Source of the DNA: Kiritimatiellia bacterium
GTDB taxonomy: Bacteria > Verrucomicrobiota > Kiritimatiellia > CAIQIC01 > Lenti-01
DNA length: 64,000 bases
Direction of reading: 5' to 3'
Assembly (NCBI GenBank): GCA_017458625.1
Contig: JAFTAH010000164.1
Coordinates: 37,883 to 101,882 of the forward strand
Below are positions 9,248 to 18,084 of this stretch, one piece after another. Within the stretch, counting starts at the first letter, position 1. The number at the start of each line of letters is the position of its first letter. The position numbers were made by a program, and so were the translations under genes. The notes below the pieces were generated by a model. It had not been told where the DNA came from. It worked only from the letters and a program-made list of their open reading frames with translations, and ran no database searches.

Positions 9248-9622
9248 ATGGAACCTAAATTCCTCATTTGCAAGCGCTGTGGCAATATTGTAGCCGTCGT
9301 GAAGGCGTCTGGGGCGCCTGTGTCCTGCTGCGGCGAGCCCATGTCCGAGCTGGTTGCCGGCTCGGTCGATGCCGCCAAGGAAAAGCATGTGCCAGTCATT
9401 GCGCAGGAGGGAGATCGCGTGACCGTGACCGTGGGTTCCGTGGCGCATCCCATGGCCCCCGAGCACTTCATCGAGTGGATTCTCCTGTCCACCACCAGCG
9501 GCAACCAGCGCAAGCTCCTCAAGCCGGGCGATGCCCCCGTCGCGGTCTTTGCGCTCCCCCCGGGCGAGCAGGTCGTCTCCGCCTACGCGTATTGCAATCT
9601 GCACGGTCTCTGGCGCGCCTAG
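9248..9622 (+). CDS. dfx: Desulfoferrodoxin / superoxide reductase
   Basis: CKRCGNIV..SCCGEPM, EKHVP, HPM..EHFIEWI, YCNLHGLW. Confidence 0.95.
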   Translation: MEPKFLICKRCGNIVAVVKASGAPVSCCGEPMSELVAGSVDAAKEKHVPVIAQEGDRVTVTVGSVAHPMAPEHFIEWILLSTTSGNQRKLLKPGDAPVAVFALPPGEQVVSAYAYCNLHGLWRA

Positions 9623-9658
9623 GCGTGCGGACCACGGCCCTGACGACAGGGATGTGCG

Positions 9659-9677
9659 CCCCGCAGCTACTGCGGGG
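9659..9677. terminator. GC-rich hairpin at a convergent gene junction
   Basis: CCCCGCAG-cta-CTGCGGGG; no U tract. Confidence 0.35.
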
Positions 9678-9969
9678 GTAGAATGGGCGTCGATTCCGTC
9701 GCCGCCTTCCAGAGCATGATGCCTCCGAGGACGAGGAAAAGCACGCCCCCGAGAAGGTTCAGGAGGCGGGGCGAGAGGAAGCGTGACAGCACCGAGCCTG
9801 CCAGCGCGCCCGCCGCAGAGGCCGCCACCAAGGCGGCCGCCCCCGCGAAAAAGATGGTGAAGGGCGCCTTGGTAGCCGCTGACTGCGCCATCACGGTGAG
9901 CTGGGTCTTGTCGCCCAGCTCCGCCAGGAACACCAGCCCGAACGTACTCCAGAACAAGGCCCAGTTCAT
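9667..9969 (-). CDS. TMEM165/GDT1 (UPF0016) family small membrane protein
   Basis: MNWALFWSTFGLVFLAELGDKTQL signature (E-x-G-D-K-T). Confidence 0.9.
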   Translation of the reverse strand: MNWALFWSTFGLVFLAELGDKTQLTVMAQSAATKAPFTIFFAGAAALVAASAAGALAGSVLSRFLSPRLLNLLGGVLFLVLGGIMLWKAATESTPILPPQ

Positions 9970-9970
9970 C

Positions 9971-11038
9971 TTAGCCCCGTGAGGCGTAGTTCGTCTCGAG
10001 CCACTGCTTGTAGGCCCCGGACCGCACCTGCTCGACCCACTGGGGATTCGCCAGATACCAGTCCACCGTCTCCTCGAACCCGCTCTCCCAGTCGTGGGCC
10101 GGCTTCCAGCCGAGGTCGCGCTCGAGCTTGCTGCAATCGATGGCATAGCGCAGGTCGTGGCCGGGACGATCCTTGACGTAGGTGATCAGCGAGCTGCGGG
10201 GCGCGCCGGACGCCAGCGGCTCGACCTTGCGGTCGATGAGCTCGCAAATCTTGGTCACGACCGCGATATTCGTCAGCTCGTTGCGTCCGCCCACGTTGTA
10301 GCTGCTGCCATAGGCCGCGTTCTGCACGATGGTCCAGATGGCCGAGCAGTGGTCCTCGACATACAGCCAGTCGCGGATGTTCAGGCCATTTCCATAGACC
10401 GGCAGGGGCTTGCCCTCCAACGCGTTGAGAATCATCAGCGGAATCAGCTTTTCCGGAAAGTGGTAGGGCCCGTAGTTGTTCGAGCAGTTGCTATGGGTCG
10501 TCGGCAGCCCGTAGGTCTGGTGGTAGGCGCGGACGAGGTGGTCGCTGGCGGCCTTGGAGGCGGAATAGGGGGAATTGGGCGCGTACGGCGTCTCCTCGGT
10601 GAAGAACCCGGTCGGGCCGAGGCTGCCGAACACCTCGTCCGTCGAAACGTGATGGAAATGGGCCACCCCCAGTTCGCGGGCCGCCTGCAGCAGCGTGTAG
10701 GTGCCCATGATGTTGGTGCGGATGAACTCGTCGGGAGCGACGATGGAACGGTCGACATGCGACTCGGCCGCAAAATGGACAATGCAGTCGACCCCGTGCG
10801 CGCGGATGGTGTCGCGAACGGCCGCGCCATCGCAGATGTCCGCCTTGACGAAGACATAGCGGTCGCCGTACTGCTGCGCGACGTCGGCGAGGGACAGCGG
10901 ATTCCCGGCATACGTGAGCACGTCGTAGTTGACGACCATGCCCTGGAAGTCAGGTCTGCCGAGCAGATAGCGGATAAAGTTCGACCCGATGAATCCGGCC
11001 CCGCCGGTCACCATCACGCTCGAGAACGTCCTACTCAT
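9971..11038 (-). CDS. rfbB: dTDP-glucose 4,6-dehydratase
   Basis: [63 protein letters not shown]. Confidence 0.95.
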   Translation of the reverse strand: MSRTFSSVMVTGGAGFIGSNFIRYLLGRPDFQGMVVNYDVLTYAGNPLSLADVAQQYGDRYVFVKADICDGAAVRDTIRAHGVDCIVHFAAESHVDRSIVAPDEFIRTNIMGTYTLLQAARELGVAHFHHVSTDEVFGSLGPTGFFTEETPYAPNSPYSASKAASDHLVRAYHQTYGLPTTHSNCSNNYGPYHFPEKLIPLMILNALEGKPLPVYGNGLNIRDWLYVEDHCSAIWTIVQNAAYGSSYNVGGRNELTNIAVVTKICELIDRKVEPLASGAPRSSLITYVKDRPGHDLRYAIDCSKLERDLGWKPAHDWESGFEETVDWYLANPQWVEQVRSGAYKQWLETNYASRG

Positions 11039-11160
11039 ATCGACTGCCTTTCCGAAGCCGGGCCATGGACGCCGGCTTGCAACGCCCAAAACGCTACCAC
11101 ATTTTCCCCGCAGGCCGCAAGTCCGCAACACCGGCAGCCCCTCCCATTTGGCCGCCCAAG

Positions 11161-11230
11161 GCTGTGTCAGTTTCGTGGAATTCCTGGAAATTCTCGAAAA
11201 CTAGAAGTCTAGAAGTCTAGAGTTCCAGAG
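11161..11230. repeat. GCTGYGTCAGTTTCGTG leader plus 8-bp-period CTAG array
   Basis: CTGG 11184, CTCG 11193, CTAG 11201/11209/11217, CCAG 11225; leader shared with 27300-27316. Confidence 0.8.
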
Positions 11231-11239
11231 CTGGGCACC

Positions 11240-12031
11240 ATGGTCGCGCGAGGTGTCGACTCGGCTTTGCGCACGTTGGGCTGGACAGGAGGGCGGTCGG
11301 CGGGAGATGATGGGGCGCGGGGGAGCAAGGCGAAGGCGAACGTGAAAAGTGGACTCTACGAGCTGGACGGTTTCGTCGTGACGGTGCGGGCGAAGCCCAT
11401 CCGCAACGTGTGGCTGCGCGTGCAGGCTCCGGATGGCCATCTTGAGGTGACGGTGCCATACGGGGTGTCCGCCGCCTTCGTCGAGGACTTCGTGAAGTCG
11501 AAGGCGCAGTGGATCGAGCGGCGACGAAAAGCCCTGGCGATGGCAAGTCCTTCGCCCGATGCGCGGCGCTGGCAAAGCGGCGAGACCGTCTGGCTCTGGG
11601 GCCGGCCGTTGACGCTGGTGGTGGAGCACGCGTCCAGCTGGGCGCTGGTGCCCGATGGCGACCGGCTGGTGATGTCCTGCCCGGCCTTGCTCCCGGCGTC
11701 GGAACGGACCGTCCGCGCCAAGGCCTGGGCTCAGGCCGAGCTGGCGGCGGCTGTCCGCCGGCTGCGCCCCGGCCTGGAAGCGCTGACGGGGCAGCATTGC
11801 GAAGACTGGCGCATCCGGGACATGGCGACCCGCTGGGGCTCGTGCGTCATCTCCCGACGGCGGATCTGGCTGAGCCTACGCCTCGTCCAGAAGCCCGAGG
11901 AATGCCTGCGCTACGTGATGCTCCACGAGCTAGGCCATTTCGTCACGCGCTTCCATGATGCCACCTTCTACGCCTGGGTGGCGCGCATGATGCCGGACTG
12001 GCGCCTGGCCGTCGCCAAGCTCGGCCGCTAG
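11240..12031 (+). CDS. M48/YgjP (DUF45) family metal-dependent hydrolase
   Basis: IRDMATRWGSC, LVQKPEECLRYVMLHELGH (HExxH); start uncertain. Confidence 0.85.
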   Translation: MVARGVDSALRTLGWTGGRSAGDDGARGSKAKANVKSGLYELDGFVVTVRAKPIRNVWLRVQAPDGHLEVTVPYGVSAAFVEDFVKSKAQWIERRRKALAMASPSPDARRWQSGETVWLWGRPLTLVVEHASSWALVPDGDRLVMSCPALLPASERTVRAKAWAQAELAAAVRRLRPGLEALTGQHCEDWRIRDMATRWGSCVISRRRIWLSLRLVQKPEECLRYVMLHELGHFVTRFHDATFYAWVARMMPDWRLAVAKLGR

Positions 12032-12107
12032 CCCTCCGGCATCGCTCTGCGCCGCGCGATTTTTGTTGTCGCGCCCCGGGTCCGGTCCGCTATAGAATGG
12101 GGGCGAC

Positions 12108-12911
12108 ATGAAAATCCTTCTTTGCAATGATGACGGCATCCAGTCGGAAGGGCTGCAGCGGCTGGCCGACGCGGTCGCGGACCTGGGCGAACTCGTGGTG
12201 GTGGCACCGGATGGGGAGCGCTCGGCCACCGGCCTTGCCATCACCCTGACACGCCCGCTGATGGCCCGCCCCTGGCACCGCCCCGGCGAATGCGTCCCGT
12301 TCGGCACGGCCCTCGACGGCACCCCCGCCGACTGCGTGAAGTTCGGCATCAACCGCTGTGTGCAGGGCCCCGTCGACCTCGTCCTCAGCGGCCTCAACCG
12401 CGGCCCCAACGCGGGCATTAGCGTGCTTTATTCCGGAACCGTCGCGGTCGCCACGGAAGCCGCCATCATGGGAATCCCCTCCATCGCCTTCTCGGTGGCC
12501 GCCTTCGAGAACCTGCAGTGGGACACCGGGGCCGCCGTCGCCCGTGCCGTCGTCCGCCGCTACCAGGCCTGGTACGCCGCCGGCGGCCGCATGCCCCGCG
12601 ACGTCTGCTGGAACGTCAACATCCCCAACCGCCCCCTCGCCGCCCTCCGCGGCCTCAAGGTGGTGCCGATGGGCGCATCGCGCTTCCGCGAAACCTACGA
12701 GCAGCGCCTCACCCCTTGGGGCTCGCCCTACTACTGGTCCCATGGCGAGCTCGAGGAGCGCGATGTCTCCGCCAGCACCGACCTCCGCGCCCTCCGCGAC
12801 GGCTATGTCGCCCTGACCCCCCTCGTCCTCGACCGCACCGCCCGCGACCTGACCGAGGCCGCGTCCGCCATGACCGGCGTGGAAGCGAACTGGACAAGCC
12901 CCGACGCATGA
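12108..12911 (+). CDS. surE: 5'/3'-nucleotidase SurE
   Basis: MKILLCNDDGI, VVAPDGERSA, DGTPADCV, SGLNRGPN, YSGTVA. Confidence 0.95.
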   Translation: MKILLCNDDGIQSEGLQRLADAVADLGELVVVAPDGERSATGLAITLTRPLMARPWHRPGECVPFGTALDGTPADCVKFGINRCVQGPVDLVLSGLNRGPNAGISVLYSGTVAVATEAAIMGIPSIAFSVAAFENLQWDTGAAVARAVVRRYQAWYAAGGRMPRDVCWNVNIPNRPLAALRGLKVVPMGASRFRETYEQRLTPWGSPYYWSHGELEERDVSASTDLRALRDGYVALTPLVLDRTARDLTEAASAMTGVEANWTSPDA

Positions 12912-13420
12912 AGCTGGGCGTACTTTCCGACACGCACGGACACGTCGACGCGGCCCTCCGCGCCCTTGATCGGCTCTGGGCCGATGGCGCACGCGGCTTC
13001 GTCCACTGCGGCGACATGGGCGCCGACGTCCTCGCGGAGCTCTCCCGCTGGGCGGTCGCCCGCCGCACCACCCTCTGGTGGGCCTTCGGCAACTGCGACT
13101 TCGGCTATGCCGACGCCTCCCGCTATGCCGTGACGCCCCCCAACGTCGTCGCCGACTGGCAGGTCGAGCCGGCCGACCGCCTCGCTGCCATCCATGGCCA
13201 TGACACCCGGGCGCTGGGGACGCTCCTGGACTCCGGCCGCTACGATGCCATCCTGCTCGGCCACACCCATCGCCCCGACGCCCACCGTGTCGGCCACACC
13301 TGGCTCCTCAACCCGGGTTCCGCCGCCCGCCCTCGCTCCGATGCCGGCCCCACCATCCTCCTCCTCGACTGGCCCGAATGCCGCTGGTCCTGGATTCCCC
13401 TCGCCCCCTGCCCCCGCTAA
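12908..13420 (+). CDS. YfcE-type metallophosphoesterase
   Basis: MKLGVLSDTHG, HCGD, GNCD, IHGH, GHTH, LNPGS; ATGA overlap with surE. Confidence 0.9.
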   Translation: MKLGVLSDTHGHVDAALRALDRLWADGARGFVHCGDMGADVLAELSRWAVARRTTLWWAFGNCDFGYADASRYAVTPPNVVADWQVEPADRLAAIHGHDTRALGTLLDSGRYDAILLGHTHRPDAHRVGHTWLLNPGSAARPRSDAGPTILLLDWPECRWSWIPLAPCPR

Positions 13421-13450
13421 TCGTCTCCCACCCCTCCCCTGGTTCCACCC

Positions 13451-14236
13451 ATGCCCCACCAAGACGTTCCCCAGCTCCGTCCCGACGCCCACGAGCACAC
13501 GCCCTCCGCCAAGGAACCCCGCACGACCTCCACCCTCATCCGGGACATGGACGCCCAATGCCGTCCCCGCGAGCGCGTCGAGGCCCTCGGCGCCGATGCC
13601 GTCGACGACGAGGTGCTGCTGGCCGTCCTCCTCCGGACCGGCCGCCGCGGTGCCAGCGTCCTCGAAGTCGCCCGCGAGGTCCTCTCCCGCGCCCGCGACG
13701 GCCTCCCCGAACTCGCCGCCATGGACCTCGAGGAGCTCCAGAAGATTGCGGGCCTCGGCCGCGTCAAGGCCCTTGAACTCCAGGTCGCCTTCGAGCTGGG
13801 CCGCCGCGCCTGCCAGCGCCAGCGCGCCCGCCGCGCCGACATGGCCCGGGCCGACTACGCCGCCCACGTCCTCTCCCCCTACCTCGGACACCTCAACGTC
13901 GAGCAGTTCTTCGTCTGTCCCCTCGACCAGAAATGTCACCTGATCGGCGAGCCCGTCAACGTCTCCCGGGGCAGCGCCAACGCCACCGTCGTCCATCCCC
14001 GCGAGGTCTTCCGCACCGCCATCCGCGCCGGGGCCGTCCACCTCATCGTCGCCCACAACCACCCCTCCGGCGACCCGGCCCCCTCCAAGGAGGACCTCGC
14101 CCTGACCCGCCGCCTCGTCGAGACCGGAACCATCGTCGGCATCGCCCTCCTCGACCATCTCATCATCGGCGGCGGCGGCGGCGACACCCCCTCCTTCGTC
14201 AGCCTCCGCCGACTCCGCCCCGACCTCTGGTCCTAG
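13451..14236 (+). CDS. radC: RadC-family JAB domain protein
   Basis: RPRERV, LLAVLLRTG, VVHPREVF, AHNHPSGDPAPSKEDLALT, LLDHLII. Confidence 0.95.
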   Translation: MPHQDVPQLRPDAHEHTPSAKEPRTTSTLIRDMDAQCRPRERVEALGADAVDDEVLLAVLLRTGRRGASVLEVAREVLSRARDGLPELAAMDLEELQKIAGLGRVKALELQVAFELGRRACQRQRARRADMARADYAAHVLSPYLGHLNVEQFFVCPLDQKCHLIGEPVNVSRGSANATVVHPREVFRTAIRAGAVHLIVAHNHPSGDPAPSKEDLALTRRLVETGTIVGIALLDHLIIGGGGGDTPSFVSLRRLRPDLWS

Positions 14237-14382
14237 AGCGGTTCCATGAAAAGCATAGCCCGCCGGACGCAATGAATTGCGTCCCGCGTTGGGGCACAGC
14301 GGGAGGGGCGCAGTTTCTTGCGACCGTGAGCCAGTGCCAGTACGCAACCGCAAAGGCGACAGAATAATCAGAACCGCTCTAG
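14233..14382. mobile_element. 150-bp MITE-like element with 12-bp perfect terminal inverted repeats
   Basis: CTAGAGCGGTTC(14233-14244)...GAACCGCTCTAG(14371-14382); internal segments recur at ~48024-48068 and 57625-57676. Confidence 0.75.
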
Positions 14383-14392
14383 AGGCGTACGC

Positions 14393-15895
14393 TTAGCGGA
14401 GAGGCCAGTTGGGCGGGGGAAGCGCGGGGGGAAAGGGCGTTGGGCCAGCCTGCTCGGCGCTGGCGAAGGCGGTCCGGGCACCGTCGAGGAGCTGGGCGGC
14501 GGGCAGGGTGACCAGGGGATGGGGAAAGGCATCGAGGGAATGGGCGACAATCGGAATCCGGTCGGGCTCGAAGCCGAGCAGCAGGGCCGCCATCAGGTCG
14601 CCCAGGGCAGGATTGCGGGCGGCGAACAATGCGCCCGTGGGCAGCGGCGTCGGCGCAAGCGGACCATCCCCCTGTCCCGCGACCACGGCATCGACGATGG
14701 ACAGTTCCTGCCGGACGGGGGCGTCATGGAAGTGCCCCTCGGCATCGGCATAGAGCAAAGCCCGGTTAAGGTCGAGGCATGTGCGCCAGATGGTGTCGTT
14801 GCCGGCCCAGTTGCCTTCCATCTGCGCGTCCGGATCGTGGCGGCGGACGAGGTGGTTCTCGGCGCGATAGATCCAGCGTTCCCCAAAGGCGTAGAAGCCA
14901 GCCCAGTCGCGATGGCGGTTGATGAGGTCGAGTGCGGACTCCAGGCAATCGACGAGCAGAGACTGGCGCGGATGGGAATCGCCCCCGCGTCCGGCGGCCG
15001 TCGCCCCCTTCCGGTGGTGGGGCAGATACTCCTTGTTCCCGTTGATGCCGATGAGATTCTTGAGGCAGCACGTGAGGCCAGCCTTCTTATGGGTCTTGAG
15101 CTTGGGACAGTTGAGGACGAGGTCCGCGGAGAGGGCCTCCCTGGCAAGGAGATACTGATGGACGCCCGGCCGGTGGTGGGCAGCCAGGAGACGCGGATCG
15201 TACATGGTGACGCGGAACCGCCGCCAGTGGTCCGAAACGGGTTCCAGCAGGGATTCGGCGCCCAGGTCGACCAGCACATAGTCGGCCTCGGCGCGGAGAT
15301 GCTCGCGGACCGTGCGCGGCCCGGGCGTCTCCGAGGGGTCGAGTATCGTGCGCCGGAAGTCGGCAACCGCGAGAGGCAGCCCGCGCGCGCGAAAACTGGC
15401 GACGACGCGATCGAGCCCGGCATGGCGTTGCAACACCCCGAAGTCGCACCCCTGGAGCGGCGCATCGCCCAGGATGACAAGCGCAGGCCGGGCGAGGAAC
15501 GCGTATTCGAGGACTGCTCGCAGGACGGCGGGATGCGTAATCATGCAATCCATGCCGCCCGCCGGGTTCTCGTTATGGTGGAGCACCCAGTTGGGCTTGA
15601 CCAGAATCGTGGCTCCGGGCGGCACGAGATCGCCGAGGGGATTCCAGGCGGGCGTGCCATAATGGACTACGTCAAGCTGCAAGTCGCACAAGAGGTCGCG
15701 GACCGCGGAAAAGACATGGTTTTTCGGCAAACTGCCCGAATGTCCGTCTTCTTCTGTCCACTCGCGCGCAGCCGGGAGCTCGGGAAAAGCCGTATCTGGG
15801 TCGTACGGCGCGGCTTCCGGCGGCGGATAGGCCGGCTCGACCCGGCGAATGGCCAGAGCGTCGGAGGCGGTGCTGGGCGGGAGGCGGGGGGACAT
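14393..15895 (-). CDS. DUF362 domain (Fe-S cluster-associated) protein
   Basis: ILVKPNWV, GDAPLQGC, NCPKLKTH..AGLTCCLKNLIG, IVDAVVAGQGDGP. Confidence 0.8.
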   Translation of the reverse strand: MSPRLPPSTASDALAIRRVEPAYPPPEAAPYDPDTAFPELPAAREWTEEDGHSGSLPKNHVFSAVRDLLCDLQLDVVHYGTPAWNPLGDLVPPGATILVKPNWVLHHNENPAGGMDCMITHPAVLRAVLEYAFLARPALVILGDAPLQGCDFGVLQRHAGLDRVVASFRARGLPLAVADFRRTILDPSETPGPRTVREHLRAEADYVLVDLGAESLLEPVSDHWRRFRVTMYDPRLLAAHHRPGVHQYLLAREALSADLVLNCPKLKTHKKAGLTCCLKNLIGINGNKEYLPHHRKGATAAGRGGDSHPRQSLLVDCLESALDLINRHRDWAGFYAFGERWIYRAENHLVRRHDPDAQMEGNWAGNDTIWRTCLDLNRALLYADAEGHFHDAPVRQELSIVDAVVAGQGDGPLAPTPLPTGALFAARNPALGDLMAALLLGFEPDRIPIVAHSLDAFPHPLVTLPAAQLLDGARTAFASAEQAGPTPFPPALPPPNWPLR

Positions 15896-15949
15896 GGACG
15901 ATTCCAGGGGGCAAGAACGGGGAGGGCTTCCCCGTTTCGGACACGGAGG

Positions 15950-17173
15950 TCAGGGCACGGCCGCAACCTGGTCGTAGAGGGCGGCGGCGCGGGCGCAGTA
16001 GGCGGCGTGTTCGGCGGGAGACCCCGAGAAGAACGCGGTCCGGAAACCTTCCAGAACGACGGGGCGCAGGCTGGCGGCGGTGTCGGCGCGGGCGGCGGCA
16101 AGGAGGCCCAGCTCGCGGGCGGGGGTGGTCCGGGAGATGAGGCGGTTGTCGGTGTTGATGCACACGGGAAGCCCCTGCTCCAGCTGCTCGAGGACAGGAT
16201 GATGCGCAATGTCAGGAATCTCGGGCAAGGTCTGGAGGTTGCTGGTCGGGCAGACCTCCAGCGTGATGTGACGCCGGGCCACAAGCTGCGCCAGCCGGGT
16301 CACGTAGGCCTGCGGATCCTTGACGGACGCAGAGGTCACGCGGTCCGCCGCCAGCAGCCACGTGCCATGCCCGATGCGGTCGGCATGGCATTTGGTGATG
16401 GCCTGGTAGATGGACTCGGGGCCGTAGGCCTCGCCCGCGTGGACGGTGGCATAGAGGAGCCCCTCGGCCGCAGCCTGGTAGGCGGCCTGATGCTCAACGG
16501 CAGGGAAGCCGTTCTCGGCGCCCGCCAGGTCCAGCGCGACCACCGGCAGTCCCTCGTCAGCCGCCAGCCGCGCGCAGGCGCGTGCCAGTTCGAGCGAGGC
16601 CAGCCCGTGGATTTCCGGAAGCGAAGCAGACGGCAGAGCGTCGAAAAGCTCGGCATAGCTAGGTGAAAAGGCCGGCAGGAAGAAGCGCATGGCGCAGGCG
16701 ATGATGCCATAGCGGAAGGGCAGGGCCGCCCCGGACACCACCTCGGGGGAGGCGGCGCGCTCGGCGGCGGCCCGGGCCAGGCCACGATCGACCGCGCGCA
16801 GAACGTCGGCGATGTTCTGTCCCGGCCGGGTGTGCTGTTGCGGCGCAAAGCGGACCTCGATGTAGGGCACGTTCTCGGCAATGCAGTCCTGCGCCAGCTC
16901 GTAGGCGACGCGCTCGAGGGCCTCGGGCGTCTGGAGCACAGCACAGGTGAGACCGAAGCCTTGCAGGTAGTCCGGCAGGTCGGCGTACTTCTCCTTGAAG
17001 ACGAGCGTCTGGAGGCCTTCCGCCGTTTCCGACGGCAGGGACACCTTGGCGGCCTTGGCCAGCTCAATCAGCGTCTCCACGCGCAGCGATCCATCCAGAT
17101 GCAGATGGATGTCGGCCTTGGGAATGCGGGCCAAAAAGTCGGGAGTAACGGCAGCGGAGGCGGAAACGGTCAT
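15950..17173 (-). CDS. add: Adenosine/adenine deaminase family
   Basis: PKADIHLHLDGS, DLAGAE, TVHAGE, RIGHG, EVCPTSN, INTDN. Confidence 0.9.
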   Translation of the reverse strand: MTVSASAAVTPDFLARIPKADIHLHLDGSLRVETLIELAKAAKVSLPSETAEGLQTLVFKEKYADLPDYLQGFGLTCAVLQTPEALERVAYELAQDCIAENVPYIEVRFAPQQHTRPGQNIADVLRAVDRGLARAAAERAASPEVVSGAALPFRYGIIACAMRFFLPAFSPSYAELFDALPSASLPEIHGLASLELARACARLAADEGLPVVALDLAGAENGFPAVEHQAAYQAAAEGLLYATVHAGEAYGPESIYQAITKCHADRIGHGTWLLAADRVTSASVKDPQAYVTRLAQLVARRHITLEVCPTSNLQTLPEIPDIAHHPVLEQLEQGLPVCINTDNRLISRTTPARELGLLAAARADTAASLRPVVLEGFRTAFFSGSPAEHAAYCARAAALYDQVAAVP

Positions 17174-17303
17174 GCGAAAGTCCTTTCGGGTTGGAAGTTG
17201 CGCCTAGCCTAGCGCGAAGGACTCCTGCGGCGCGAGCGAAAAAATCAGCAACCGCATAGCGGTATCGTGGCCGGGAAGCCCCCCCCGCCGACAGCCGTCG
17301 CCC

Positions 17304-17576
17304 TCACATGGGCGGGAAGTCGAAATGCGTCTCGAGCAGCTCCACGAGCTTGTCGGCAACCTGTTCCTCGTCGGGCCCCTCGACCTCCACGGTCACCTGG
17401 GAGTCCTTCCGCAGCTCCAGGGACAGGATCTGCATGACGGAAGAAACATCGCAGGCCCCGTTGCGATTGCGCAACAGGATATGGCCCGGATAGTTCATGA
17501 AGGCCTTGACGATGACAGCCGAAGGACGACAATGGATGCCCTGGGCATTCTGGATGGTAGCGGTCCGCGTTTGCAT
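17304..17576 (-). CDS. ptsH: Phosphocarrier protein HPr
   Basis: IQNAQGIHCRPS (active-site His), DVSSVMQILSL. Confidence 0.9.
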   Translation of the reverse strand: MQTRTATIQNAQGIHCRPSAVIVKAFMNYPGHILLRNRNGACDVSSVMQILSLELRKDSQVTVEVEGPDEEQVADKLVELLETHFDFPPM

Positions 17577-18084
17577 GGGGAATGTCTGTCAGTTGGACAA
17601 TGGGGAGGGAGTATGCCTAGCCTCGTCCGTTTGTCCAGCAAAAAGTTTTCTAAATACCAATGTCCACAAATACGTTGGCCAATCTCGCCTTCCCATCCCC
17701 TCCCCGTTCGGGGAAATTGGCGATTTTTCGTTTGTTTCACCGTAGACTCACAGCATTTGGTAGCCCTGCGGCCCCTAGAATCCAGTCGCGGAGTTCAACC
17801 TGTGGAGGCCATCCGTTGCCAGCACCGCCCCCACCTCCAGCGCCAGCATGAACCTCACGACCCCGCCCCCCGTCGTCCGCACGCCGTCCCCTATCGCCGC
17901 CACCTTCGTCTGCGCCACCTTCGTCTTCATCCGCATCCTCTTGTTGTCTTATGCTCCCGTTCTTCATCCTCCTTGGCAAGCCGAAGACCATGCCGTTTCT
18001 GGGCCCCGGCGCCCAGACGGTTGTCAATTGGCCCGGAACCTGCTACTCTGCGGGTGGGACATTTTGTCCTCTCAGGAGACGCCC

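Noticed and set aside
13451-14236. radC as a marker of an integrative element or defence island
   Set aside because: Full-length chromosomal-type RadC following surE and yfcE; no integrase or other mobile-element genes nearby.
17733-17752. TGTTTCAC as a parS half-site
   Set aside because: The second half does not match GTGAAACA, and other copies of the motif lack it.
17737-18027. 96-aa minus-strand ORF and a 51-aa alternative frame upstream of ptsH
   Set aside because: Low-complexity, no recognisable family, no convincing RBS; cannot be supported as genes.
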